NCBI GenBank assembly: GCA_963748625.1
Contig: CAVVJT010000005.1
Location: forward strand, 32,001-96,000
From: an uncultured Chloroflexia bacterium
Lineage (GTDB): Bacteria > Chloroflexota > Limnocylindria > Limnocylindrales > CSP1-4
Direction: 5' to 3'
Length of the DNA stretch: 64,000 bases
Under the pieces are notes generated by a model that saw nothing but the letters and a program-made list of their open reading frames with translations, was not told the DNA's origin and did not search any database. Below, in pieces: positions 51,212 to 61,085 of this stretch (position 1 is the first letter of the stretch; each line of letters opens with the position of its first letter). A program made the translations under genes and the position numbers.

Positions 51212-52669
51212 CTAGACGGTTCCGATCTCGTCGAGGAGCTCGCCGTCGGGCCCTTCGAGCTTGACAACCACCGCCGCCTGCCCCAGCACGTGCGTGGAGC
51301 AGGACAGGCACGGGTCGTAGGCGCGCACGATCGCCGACACGCGGTTGAGCATGCCTTCCTGGAGCTTGCGTCCGTCGACGAACCGCTTCGCCACCTGCTC
51401 CACGCCCCGGCCCATGGCCAGGTTGTTGTGCCCGGTGGCGACGATGAGGTTGACCCACGTGATCGCGCCGTTGTCGTCCACCTTGTAGTGATGGATCAGC
51501 GTGCCGCGCGGGGCCTCGATGACCCCCACGCCCTCGAGGTCGTTGACACCCGCGTGGGCGCGCACCTTGGTGCTCAGGATCGCCGGATCATCGAGCAGCA
51601 TCTGCATGCGCTCAAGGCAGTAGAGCGTCTCGATGAGACGCGCATAGTGGTAGTGGAAGCCGCTCTGGACGATGCGCCCGTACCGCTGGCGGAACTCCCC
51701 GAGCTCCACGTCGGCCAGGGGCGTGCCGCAGCGGTCGATCACGTTGAGCCGGGCGAGCGGACCCACACGGTAGATCCCCGTGTCGAACCCGGACGGCCGG
51801 TAGTACGGCGCCTTGAGGTACGAGTCGGGCAGGGTCGCCTCGGCGATGTGCTCGGCGTAGCGGGACGGGGGCACCTGGTCGGCGACCATCGTCCCGTCGG
51901 CAGCCACGAAGCGCAGGTTGCCGTCGTACAGGCGCAGCTCGCCCTCGGGGCCCACCAGGCCGCAGTACATGGTCGGGAAGTTGGAGAACGACTCGATCTC
52001 GGCCGGGAACGAGTCCACCGTGGCCTTCCACATCCCGAGCGTCCGCTTGACGATGTCCAGCGCGCCTGGCAGCTCGGCCAGGATCTTGTCGCGCGAGGCC
52101 GGGTCCAGGGGCTGGTTGACGCCTCCCGGCACCGTCCACGACGGGTGGACCCGCTCGCGGGCGAGCCGTTCGATGGTCTGCTGGCCGAACTTGCGCAGGG
52201 CGATGCCGTCGCGCAGGGCGTCGGGATGCTCCTCGAGGAGCCCCGCGACGTTGCGCTTGGCCGGGTCATAGTCCATGCCCAGCAGCAGGTCCGGCGCGGA
52301 CAGGTGGAAGAACGAGAGCGCGTGGCTCTGCACGAACTGCGCCATGTGGAGCAGCTCGCGCAGCTTCGACGCGGTGGCCGGGATGCGGACGGCCATGATC
52401 GCGTCGCACGCCTTGGACGATGCGAGCAGGTGGCTGACCGGGCAGATGCCGCAGATCCGCGATGTGATCGAGGGCATCTCGTAGTACGGGCGACCCTCGC
52501 AGAACTTCTCGAACCCGCGGACCTGTGTCACGTGGAACTGCGTGCCCGACACGTCGCCCGCCTCGTCGAGGCGGATCTTGATGGTCGCGTGCCCCTCGAT
52601 CCGGGACACGTGGTGGATGGTGAGGTCGCGGGGGCCGGCGGCCGGCCCGGACTTGGTCTTGGTCGTCAT
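51212..52669 (-). CDS. hoxH: [NiFe] hydrogenase large subunit (group 3d type)
   Basis: [38 protein letters not shown] plus C-terminal extension. Confidence 0.95.
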   Translation of the reverse strand: MTTKTKSGPAAGPRDLTIHHVSRIEGHATIKIRLDEAGDVSGTQFHVTQVRGFEKFCEGRPYYEMPSITSRICGICPVSHLLASSKACDAIMAVRIPATASKLRELLHMAQFVQSHALSFFHLSAPDLLLGMDYDPAKRNVAGLLEEHPDALRDGIALRKFGQQTIERLARERVHPSWTVPGGVNQPLDPASRDKILAELPGALDIVKRTLGMWKATVDSFPAEIESFSNFPTMYCGLVGPEGELRLYDGNLRFVAADGTMVADQVPPSRYAEHIAEATLPDSYLKAPYYRPSGFDTGIYRVGPLARLNVIDRCGTPLADVELGEFRQRYGRIVQSGFHYHYARLIETLYCLERMQMLLDDPAILSTKVRAHAGVNDLEGVGVIEAPRGTLIHHYKVDDNGAITWVNLIVATGHNNLAMGRGVEQVAKRFVDGRKLQEGMLNRVSAIVRAYDPCLSCSTHVLGQAAVVVKLEGPDGELLDEIGTV

Positions 52670-52676
52670 CGTGGGC

Positions 52677-53207
52677 CTACCCGAACCGGAGCTTGGAGCC
52701 GAGGTCCGGCTGGCGCCCCTCGAGGAGCTCCGAGAGGACCATGAGGATCGCGTTGGGCTTGGGCGGACAACCCGGGACGTGGACGTCCACGACCACCTGC
52801 TGGTGCAGCGGCTCCGCCTGGCGCAGGAGCGGCGGGACCCCGTCGACGGGCACCCCGTCCGACTCGGTGGCACCCTCGATGTAGATGCGCTCGAGGAGGC
52901 GCTTGACCGGGATGCCGTTGCGCATCGAGGGCACATTGCCGGTCACCGCGCAGTCGCCCAGCGCCACCACCACCCGGCTGCGGGCGCGGATCGTCTGGAT
53001 GAGCTTGAGATCGTCCTGGCTGGAGACGGCGCCCTCCACGACGGCGACATCCACGTCCTCCGGCCACTCCTGGGCGTCCACGAGCGGCCCGAACACGATG
53101 TCGGCCTTCTTGAGCACCGCCACGATCCCCTCGTCGAGGTCGAGCAGGGACATGTGGCAGCCGGAGCAACCGTCCAGCCAGCAGGTCCCGATCCTGAGCT
53201 TGTCCAT
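52677..53207 (-). CDS. hoxY: [NiFe] hydrogenase small subunit
   Basis: WLDGCSGCHMS, VEGAV, GDCAVTGNVP, PGCPP. Confidence 0.95.
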   Translation of the reverse strand: MDKLRIGTCWLDGCSGCHMSLLDLDEGIVAVLKKADIVFGPLVDAQEWPEDVDVAVVEGAVSSQDDLKLIQTIRARSRVVVALGDCAVTGNVPSMRNGIPVKRLLERIYIEGATESDGVPVDGVPPLLRQAEPLHQQVVVDVHVPGCPPKPNAILMVLSELLEGRQPDLGSKLRFG

Positions 53208-53914
53208 CACGCGCCCTCGCGCATCGAGGTCAGGCGGCTGACCACCGTCCGCTGCTTCGTCATCTCCTCGACGGCGAAGCCTTTCTCGGCCATGGCGCCG
53301 GTGGGGCACGCCTGGACGCACTTCCCGCACGAGGTGCAGGTCGTCGCCTCGCCCCACGGCCGGCGCAGCTCGGACACCAGGTGCGAGGTGACGCCGCGGC
53401 CCGCGATGTCCCAGACATGGGCGCCCTCGATCTCGGCGCAGGTGCGCACGCAGCGCGAGCACAGCACGCAGCGGTTGTGGTCGAGCACGTACCGCGGGTG
53501 GGTCGTGTCCACGGGCAGCCGCGGGTAGCTGTACGGGTAGCGGACGTGGGTCACGCCGTGCTCCTGCGCCAGCGACTGCAGCTCGCAGTGGCCGGACGAC
53601 ACGCACACGGCGCACACGTGGTTGCGCTCGGCGAAGAGCAGCTCCAGGGCAATCTTGCGGTAGCCCTCGATCTGCGCAGAGCTCGTGACCACGGCCTGGC
53701 CCTCGGACACCGGCGTCGTGCAGGCCGGCAGCAGGCGCGACACGCCCGACACCTCCACCATGCACAGCCGGCACGCGCCCACCGTGGACAGGCCCTCCAT
53801 GTAGCAGAGGGCCGGGATGTACTTGTTGTTTGCCCGCGCCACCTCGAGGATCGACTGGCCGGGATCGGCGGCCAGGACCTCGCCGTCGATGCGGACCTTC
53901 ACCTTCTCGCTCAC
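53207..53914 (-). CDS. hoxU: Diaphorase Fe-S subunit
   Basis: IPALC..GACRLC.VE, ERNHVCAVC, RCVLCSRC..C, CTSCGKC..ACP. Confidence 0.95.
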   Translation of the reverse strand: MSEKVKVRIDGEVLAADPGQSILEVARANNKYIPALCYMEGLSTVGACRLCMVEVSGVSRLLPACTTPVSEGQAVVTSSAQIEGYRKIALELLFAERNHVCAVCVSSGHCELQSLAQEHGVTHVRYPYSYPRLPVDTTHPRYVLDHNRCVLCSRCVRTCAEIEGAHVWDIAGRGVTSHLVSELRRPWGEATTCTSCGKCVQACPTGAMAEKGFAVEEMTKQRTVVSRLTSMREGA

Positions 53915-53924
53915 GACATCACCC

Positions 53925-56900
53925 CTATCGCTCGAGGCTGCGGATGTCGCAGCGCAGGCAGCGGGTCGTCTCCTCGAGGGCCGCCACGGCCGTCAGGCCC
54001 AGCGACACCTCGGCTTCGGACTTGACGCGCTGCGCCGCCGGCAGCTCCAGGGGCACGTGGCGCCCGGACTCGCCCGGCGGATCGGGTGGCTCCATCACGT
54101 AGACGAACTCGGGAGTCAGGGCGCTGAAGCGCTTGGCGCCCATCAGCCGCTTGTCGATGTTGCGCGCAGCCTTCTTGCCATAGCCCATGGCGTTGGACAC
54201 GTTCGACGCGCCGGTGATCAGGTCACCGCCCGCATAGAACCGCTCGCGGCTCGTCTCGAGCGAGAAGCGGTCCACCACGATCGTGCCGTTCTCGTTGAGC
54301 GTGAGGCCTGACGCGCGGCAGAAGTCAGGGTCCACGGTCTCGCCTACCGCGAGGATCACGGTGTCGCAGTTGAAGCGGACCACCTCGTCGGTGGAAATGG
54401 GGCGCCGACGTCCCGAGGTGTCGAACTCGCCGAGCTTGGTGCGAACCGCCTCGAGGGCGCGGACCTTGCCGTCCTTGTCGCCCACGATCCGGTGGGGCGC
54501 CGCGAGGTAGACGATCTTCGCTCCCTCGTGCTCGGCGGCCTGGATCTCCTCCGGGATGGCCGGCATGTCCTTGCGCTCGCGCCGGTACACCACGGTCACG
54601 TCCGCGCCCAAGCGCCGGGCGGTGCGGGCGGAATCGATGGCCGCGTTGCCGCCGCCGATCACCACCACGCTCTTGCCCACCGGCACCTCGTCGCTGCGGG
54701 ATACGGCCTCGAGGAACGGCAGGGCGGGGATCACCCCGGTGAGCTCGGTGCCGGGCAGGTAGACCCACGCCTCCTTCCAGGTGCCGATCGCCATGAACAC
54801 CGCGTCGTACTGGTGGGCGATGTCGTTGAGCGTGATGTCCTCGCCGACGTTGACGTTGAACTGGAAGCGCACGCCCAGGCGTTCGATGAGCTCGATCTCG
54901 CGGTCGAGCGACTTCTTGGGCAGGCGGTACTCGGGCAGGGCGTAGCGCAGCATGCCACCCGCCTGCGGCCGGGAGTCCATGACGGTCACGGTGTGACCGA
55001 ACAGGGCGAGGTAGTAGGCGCAGGTGAGGCCCGTGGGCCCCGCCCCAACCACCGCGACCTCGCGACCGGTCGGCTCGAGCCGGCGCTCCCGGAGCTTGGC
55101 CACCATCGTCTCGAAGCGATCGGTGAGCAGGACCTCGTCGGCGATCAGGCGATGGACGTCGCGCATGTTCACCGGCTCGTCGATGCCGGCCCTCCGGCAG
55201 CGATCGTCGCAGGGGTGCTGGCAGACCCGGCCGGTGGAGGCCGGCAGCGGATTGTCCAGGATCACCGAGAGGAACGCGTCCTCCAGCCTGCCCTCCTTGT
55301 ACAGCTGCAGGAAGCGCGGGATGTTCATGTGCAGCGGGCAGGAGTTCTCGCAGGGCGAGAGCGCCAGCTCCTCGCACACGCCGGCGCGGCAGCGTTTGGC
55401 GACGATGTGGTCCTCGAACTCGTGGCGGAAGTGCCGCAGGGAGGTGAGGACCGGGTTGGGCGCGCTCTGGCCCAGGCCGCACAGCGAGGTGTCGCGGACC
55501 ATGCGGCAGAGCTCATCGAGCGAGGCGAGGTCCGCGTGCGTGCCGGTGCCCTTGGTGAAGCGGGTGAGGATCCGCAGCGCCTTGTCCAGGCCCACCCGGC
55601 AGGGGACGCACTTGCCGCAGCTCTCGGAGTGGGTGAACTCGATGAAGTAGCGGGCGACGTCCACCATGCAGTTGTCGGTGTCCATGACCACCATGCCGCC
55701 CGAGCCCATGATCGAGCCGAGCTGCGCGAGGGTCTCGTAGTCCACCGGCGTGTCGAACATGTCGGACGGGATGCAGCCGCCCGACGGGCCGCCGGTCTGC
55801 ACGGACTTGATGTCGTGCCCGGTCCCGGCGCCACCGCCCACGTCGTAGATGAACGTGGAGAGCGGGGTGCCCAAGGGCATCTCGACGAGACCGGTGCTCT
55901 TCACCTTGCCGACGAGGCTGAACACCTTGGTGCCCGCGCTCTTCGGCGAGCCGGTCTCGGTGAACCAGGCCGGACCCTTGGAGACGATGGGCGCGATGTT
56001 GTACCAGGTCTCGACGTTGTTGATGTTGGTGGGCTTGCCGTAGAGGCCCTTCTGGGCCGGGAACGGCGGGCGGGTCCGGGGCTTGCCGGTCTGCCCCTCG
56101 AGCGACGCGATGAGGGCGGTCTCCTCGCCGCAGACGAAGGCACCGGCCCCCTCGACCAGCTGGATGTCGAACGTGAAGCCGCGGCCCAGGATGTTGTCGC
56201 CCAGCACGCCGTACGCGCGAGCCTGGCCGAGGGCGCGCTCGAGGCGCATGACGGCCAGCGGGTACTCGGCGCGGACGTAGATGATGCCCTTCGTGGCGCC
56301 GGTGACGTAGGCCGCGATCAGCATGCCCTCGATGAGAGCGTGAGGGTCCGATTCGATCTCGTTGCGGTTCATGTAGGCGCCCGGATCGCCCTCGTCCGCG
56401 TTGCAGATGAGGTACTTCTCGGGGCCCGGGGCCTTGGCCAGGAACTCCCACTTGTTGCCGGTCATGAAGCCGGCGCCGCCGCGGCCGCGGAGCTTGGCAG
56501 CCTTGATCTGCTCGATGACGGACGCCGGGTTCTGGTCGATCAGGACCTTGTACAGGGCCTGGTATCCGCCGACGGCGACGTACTCCTCGATGTCGTCGGG
56601 GTTGATGAGGCCGCAGTTGCGCAGGACGATCTTGACCTGGGGGTGGAAGAAGGGGACGTCGTGCCAGTCCGGCACGTCGGGCAGGCCGAGGCCGTACTTG
56701 ATGTGCCCCGTGAGGTGGTCCCACTCCTCGATCTTGCACAGGATCGTCTCGGCCGGGGGGAGAGCGCCATCGTCGACGGCCTCGAGGATCGCTTCCACGT
56801 GGTTCGGCCGGACCTGGCGCAGCATCAGCAGCGGCCGGCCCGGGATCCATACGTTCACCAGGGGCTCCTCGGCACAGAAGCCGAAACAGCCGACCGGCGC

Positions 56901-57080
56901 GAGCTCGATGTCGAGGCCGCCCGCCTCGATCTCGGACGCGAACGCGTGGTAGACGGACTCCGCACCGTTGCCGGAGCCGCACGTGCCCATGCCAACCGCG
57001 ATCCGCGGCCGTGACGGCAGGAGCTTGGCGAGCCCCGCCTCACGCACGCTGGCGAAGGCGGCGATGTCGGTGATCCTCAT
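53925..57080 (-). CDS. hoxF: HoxF/NuoF-like diaphorase subunit fused to a C-terminal GltD/NfnB-like FAD/NAD(P)H module
   Basis: LRGRGGAGF, CNADEGDPG, GAFVCGEETAL, ESCGKC.PCR; then PCENSCP, GRVCQHPC, GAGPTG, GGGNAAID, YRRER, RCLRCD. Confidence 0.9.
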   Translation of the reverse strand: MRITDIAAFASVREAGLAKLLPSRPRIAVGMGTCGSGNGAESVYHAFASEIEAGGLDIELAPVGCFGFCAEEPLVNVWIPGRPLLMLRQVRPNHVEAILEAVDDGALPPAETILCKIEEWDHLTGHIKYGLGLPDVPDWHDVPFFHPQVKIVLRNCGLINPDDIEEYVAVGGYQALYKVLIDQNPASVIEQIKAAKLRGRGGAGFMTGNKWEFLAKAPGPEKYLICNADEGDPGAYMNRNEIESDPHALIEGMLIAAYVTGATKGIIYVRAEYPLAVMRLERALGQARAYGVLGDNILGRGFTFDIQLVEGAGAFVCGEETALIASLEGQTGKPRTRPPFPAQKGLYGKPTNINNVETWYNIAPIVSKGPAWFTETGSPKSAGTKVFSLVGKVKSTGLVEMPLGTPLSTFIYDVGGGAGTGHDIKSVQTGGPSGGCIPSDMFDTPVDYETLAQLGSIMGSGGMVVMDTDNCMVDVARYFIEFTHSESCGKCVPCRVGLDKALRILTRFTKGTGTHADLASLDELCRMVRDTSLCGLGQSAPNPVLTSLRHFRHEFEDHIVAKRCRAGVCEELALSPCENSCPLHMNIPRFLQLYKEGRLEDAFLSVILDNPLPASTGRVCQHPCDDRCRRAGIDEPVNMRDVHRLIADEVLLTDRFETMVAKLRERRLEPTGREVAVVGAGPTGLTCAYYLALFGHTVTVMDSRPQAGGMLRYALPEYRLPKKSLDREIELIERLGVRFQFNVNVGEDITLNDIAHQYDAVFMAIGTWKEAWVYLPGTELTGVIPALPFLEAVSRSDEVPVGKSVVVIGGGNAAIDSARTARRLGADVTVVYRRERKDMPAIPEEIQAAEHEGAKIVYLAAPHRIVGDKDGKVRALEAVRTKLGEFDTSGRRRPISTDEVVRFNCDTVILAVGETVDPDFCRASGLTLNENGTIVVDRFSLETSRERFYAGGDLITGASNVSNAMGYGKKAARNIDKRLMGAKRFSALTPEFVYVMEPPDPPGESGRHVPLELPAAQRVKSEAEVSLGLTAVAALEETTRCLRCDIRSLER

Positions 57081-57607
57081 CGTGCGCCGTCCTTGCGGAC
57101 CTGCTCGATCTCTCGGATGAGAGCCTGCTCCCTGACGTGGCCCCGGATCGCGTGATCCACCTCCACGACGGGTGCGAGCGCGCACTGGCCGAAGCAGGCG
57201 ACGGTGCGGACGGTGAACTTGCGGTCCGGCGTGGTCAGGGTGAGCTTGTCGGCCGCATGCGCCTCGCCCAGGCCAAGCTGGAGCTTGACCCGCTCGAGCA
57301 GCATCCGGGAGCCCCGGGTGTGGCACGCCGTGCCGCGGCAGATCGCCACGGTGTGCGTGCCCTGGGGTTCGAGGTTGAACAAGGCGAAGAACGTGGCGAC
57401 CGCGTAGACCTGCGCCTGCGGAATCCCGGTCCGGAGCGCCACGTACTCGAGTGTCTCCATGGGCAGGTACTTGTGCCGGTTCGCGTCCTGCAACTTCTCG
57501 AGGATGCCAAGCAGCGCCCCGGGCCGGCCGTCCTGCTCGCCGATGATCCGGTCGATCAGGTCCTGGTCCTCGACCCTCGGTAGCGCCGTGGCCAACGAGT
57601 TGGACAT
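57077..57607 (-). CDS. hoxE: NuoE-like [2Fe-2S] subunit
   Basis: VATFF, CRGTACH, ACFGQCALAP; GGAGGG RBS. Confidence 0.92.
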   Translation of the reverse strand: MSNSLATALPRVEDQDLIDRIIGEQDGRPGALLGILEKLQDANRHKYLPMETLEYVALRTGIPQAQVYAVATFFALFNLEPQGTHTVAICRGTACHTRGSRMLLERVKLQLGLGEAHAADKLTLTTPDRKFTVRTVACFGQCALAPVVEVDHAIRGHVREQALIREIEQVRKDGAR

Positions 57608-58089
57608 CGGGCCCTCCAAACACACAAGAAAGCCGTGCACCTGGGAGGACAGGACGGAGTCCGGCCAGGAGGACGCACGGCAACTGCGGCAAGCCTCCCG
57701 CAGCGGGACTAGAACGGTGAAGTGCCTCGGGACAGGGGGACGGCAGGGGCCGGTCCCAGTCCGACCATGCCGAGCGGCGGGCAGCGGGTGCCATGTGGAT
57801 GGCGCGTCGCCGCGCCCGTCCCGCGCTCTCGGGGTCGCCTAGTGTCGCGTGCCGCCAATGGCTGGCGGATACCCCTTCGTGCCCGTGCCGCTGGTCGGAA
57901 GCGGCATCACCGGGCGTCGCCCACGACGGCTGCTGCCGTGCGCACCCGGCGCGCACACGGAGCGGTGACGTCGCGGGATGTGCGCCCCGTGCTCCGCCCG
58001 TGCGCTCCGCCAGGGTCCCGAGGGCACGACCTGCGCACCAGCCGCGCATCGAGCGCTGCCGCCGCACCGTGTGGCCGTCCGGCGCGCAG

Positions 58090-58145
58090 CCGGACGGAGA
58101 CAGGACCCGGACGGAGACAGGACCCGGACGGCGCCAGGACCCGGA
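58090..58145. repeat. 17-bp tandem repeat, ~3.3 copies
   Basis: ccggacggagacaggac twice, then ccggacggcgccaggac. Confidence 0.8.
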
Positions 58146-58189
58146 GCGGCGGTCCTACGCAAACCGCCAGCGACCAGCGAATCGGGACA

Positions 58190-59161
58190 CTAGTTGAGCA
58201 GCTTGGGCGAGGTGTCGAAGGCGACGTGCCCGCCGAACCGGCCGTGCAGGGCGTCGTCGAGGTGGTCGGCAAGGGCGCCCAGCTCCTGGCAGGCGAACGC
58301 GACATGGGCAGGCGTGAGGTCGATCGCCGGGATCTCGAGCACCACGAGGACTACTGGGCCTGCAGTGAAGACGCGCCCGTAGCGCGTCCGGCCATTGATG
58401 TCGTCGATGGCGGCGAGGAGGTCTGGGGTCACCTTCACATCTTGGAGGACCGGCGAGAAGACGGAGATGGCCGGCGGCACCCCGTCGAGGATCCGCAGGT
58501 AGCAGATGGCACTGCCGGTGCGGATCGGGTAATCCCCGTCCTGGTCCGGGACGACCCTGGACACGCCCAACCACGCCGCGAGGGCCTTCTCCACCCGCGT
58601 CCGCAGCCCGCGCGCCCGCTTGGGCTTGCGTCCCCGCTCCGGGGAGCGGCGCGGCTCGTCACGCCGGATGCCGAGCGATGGCAGGGCGGGCAGGGTGTCC
58701 GGGCCGGCGGGAAATGCTTCGTACGCGAACCGCAGGACCCCGGGGTCGCCGGCCCCGTAGACCTCCCGTAGCGTCTCCACCGCAAGCGCGGCGACCTCCC
58801 CCACGGGCGCGGGCGCCTCCCAGGTCCGGTGGGCGTTGCGCTGGGTGTCCTCGTCCGCGGGCTCCGTCCAGCCGAGGTTCCGGATGCGCTCGCGCTGGGC
58901 AACGGTCAGCGGCTGCGCGGGCGGCAGGTGACCACTCCCGACGGCCTCTGCCCGGAGGTCTTCCGCGCGACTGGCGAACTGCACGTAGTAGCCCGGGTCA
59001 TCACCCTGCGCGGGCACCGACAGGACCAGGAATGTCTCGGGCGCCATCGCCGCGAGGGCCTTCGCCAGCCGCCGCTCGAAGGCCGCCCACGTCAGACGCC
59101 GTGTCCGGGGTGCCGCGGCCGACGCCGATGGCGATGCATCATTCCTGCGCCCGACTGGCAT
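58190..59161 (-). CDS. Two-domain T3SS-chaperone/YbjN-like (TY-Chap) protein
   Basis: W..F..RL, YVQF..LRAEAV..LGW..P..N..TLREVYG; C-terminal DQDGDYPIR.GS..INGR..YGR. Confidence 0.65.
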   Translation of the reverse strand: MPVGRRNDASPSASAAAPRTRRLTWAAFERRLAKALAAMAPETFLVLSVPAQGDDPGYYVQFASRAEDLRAEAVGSGHLPPAQPLTVAQRERIRNLGWTEPADEDTQRNAHRTWEAPAPVGEVAALAVETLREVYGAGDPGVLRFAYEAFPAGPDTLPALPSLGIRRDEPRRSPERGRKPKRARGLRTRVEKALAAWLGVSRVVPDQDGDYPIRTGSAICYLRILDGVPPAISVFSPVLQDVKVTPDLLAAIDDINGRTRYGRVFTAGPVVLVVLEIPAIDLTPAHVAFACQELGALADHLDDALHGRFGGHVAFDTSPKLLN

Positions 59162-59295
59162 ACGCTCCTCCGTGACGGCTCCCACCCCTCAACACGCACA
59201 GCATGCACGCTGCCTGTGACACCTGTCTGTCGCGCCCGACGGGGGTTGGGCCCGGGTTCGACCTGTAGTGGCGGGTGGCGGGGCTGTGACGCCCC

Positions 59296-60523
59296 TCAGG
59301 CGATGCCGACCGCGGGAGCGGTGGCCGACGAGGGCCTGGGAACGAGGCGCAGCAGCACCAGCGCGAGGACGAGCAGCCCCAGCACGAGGCTCCATGCAGC
59401 GAGCACGCCGATGGTGGCCGCGGCCACGCCCAACACCAGCGGGGCGGCCAGGATCGCGAAGCCCGAGGCGAGGTTCAGCCGGGCGCCGGCCGTGACCGGG
59501 GAGGCGGGCGCGTTCGCGAGGGCCACGCCAGCCGCGGTCGCCCAGACGCCGGCCAGCCCGAGGCCGCCGAGGAGAAGCCCGGCGCCCGCGATGGCCGCGG
59601 AGGTGCCGAGCCAGACGAGGAGGCCTCCTGCCAGTCCGGCCAGGACCATGAGGACCAGCAGGCGACGGGCGTCCATCCGGACCCCGCCGCGCAGGCCAAG
59701 GCCGATCCGCCCCATGACCTGGCCGAGGATGAACAGGGAGCCGAGGGCCGTGGCGTCGGTGAGGCTGAGGCCGGCCTGCTGCACCGATACCTGCGCGCCC
59801 CAGGTGACGAACGAGGCCTCGGCGCCGATGCACAGGGCGAGGAACGTCCAGGCCAGCCAGTAGGCGCGGCCGAGCGGCGTCTCGCGGCGGGGAGCTGGGC
59901 GGGGTGCGAGCACGGGTGCGGCCGGAGTGCCGGGGGCAGTCGGGCGTGCCGGGGGCAGCGGGGGCGACCGGCTCGCTGGTGCCGGAGGCGGCGGTCCGGC
60001 GGGCGGTCGGTGCGAGCAGCACGAGCGCCAGCGCGAGGGGCACCGGGGCCAGCATGCCCCAGTTCCAGCCGATGGAGCGTGCCGTCGCCGACAGGACGAT
60101 CGGGCCGAGGACCCCGCCGATGACGGACGCGAGGGTCGCGCGGATGAGGAGCACGCCGTTGCGGCGCCCGGCGAACTGGGTGACCGAGTGGGTGAGCGAC
60201 CCGGCGCCGGCCACGCCGATCAGGAAGCCGCCCACGACCAGCGTGGGCAGCGACGCACCGAAGGCGATCAGGACCGCCGTCGCGGCGAGGGTCAGGGCCC
60301 AGGCCCGTGCCGCGCCCCACGGGCCGAAGGCCCGGACGACGGGCGGCACGACGACGGCGGACGCGAGCAGCCCCACCGCCATCATCGAGTTCGGCAGCGC
60401 GGACGCCCAGGTGGGGGCGCCCAGCTCGGCCTCGACGTAGGGCGTCAGGTAGCCGATCGAATAGAAGAGGAATCCCTGGCACACCATGAGCAGGTACGTG
60501 GTCCAGGTGTCACGGCGGGCCAT
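59296..60523 (-). CDS. MFS transporter, frameshifted near 59900-59940
   Basis: Two hydrophobic 6-TM halves in different frames; IGAEASF..WG motif. Confidence 0.8.
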
Positions 60524-60530
60524 CGGGCGC

Positions 60531-61058
60531 CTACCAGTGGTCGTAGCGGACCAGCTCCTCGAGCGGGCGCCGCTGCCCGTGGCGCGGTGAGATCACGTGG
60601 TCGGGCGCCGGGTAGCCCAGCGGCGAGAACAGCATCGGCTCGCCCTCGGGTGGGATCCCCAGGACGTCCCGGGCGGCCGCCGGGTCGAACGCCGCGATCC
60701 AGCACGTGCCCAGGCCGGCCTCGGTGGCCGCGAGCACCATGTGGTCCATCACGATCGCGGCATCCACGTCGGCGTGGCTGCGCCCGTCGTACATCGTCCG
60801 CACCCAGGCCTCGTCGCGGACCGCAACCACGCAGAGCACGATCGGCGCCCCAACGAACCAGTCCCTGTCGTAGATGCGGCGCAGCTCGTCCTCGCGGCCC
60901 TCGGTGCGGACCACGAGCACACGGAACGGCTGGCGGTTGGCGGCCGTGGGGGCGATGCGGGCTGCCTCGAGGACACCGGCGAGCACGTCGTCCGGGACGG
61001 GGTCCCGGCGGTAGCCGCGGATGCTGGCGCGGCGTCGGGCCAGGTCGAGGAACGTCAT
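60531..61058 (-). CDS. Nitroreductase family protein
   Basis: RRASIRGY, APTAANRQP, LAATEAGLGTCWI, LGYP. Confidence 0.93.
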   Translation of the reverse strand: MTFLDLARRRASIRGYRRDPVPDDVLAGVLEAARIAPTAANRQPFRVLVVRTEGREDELRRIYDRDWFVGAPIVLCVVAVRDEAWVRTMYDGRSHADVDAAIVMDHMVLAATEAGLGTCWIAAFDPAAARDVLGIPPEGEPMLFSPLGYPAPDHVISPRHGQRRPLEELVRYDHW

Positions 61059-61085
61059 GGGGGCCTCCGCGAAGGATGGATGCGA

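Noticed and set aside
43116-52669. Pyrrolysine in MttB or selenocysteine in the hydrogenase
   Set aside because: No in-frame TAG or TGA in the readable frames; HoxH motifs use Cys.
57660-57780. GGGAC/GTCCC motifs as DosR- or Rex-like boxes upstream of hoxE
   Set aside because: Too degenerate to support in such GC-rich sequence.
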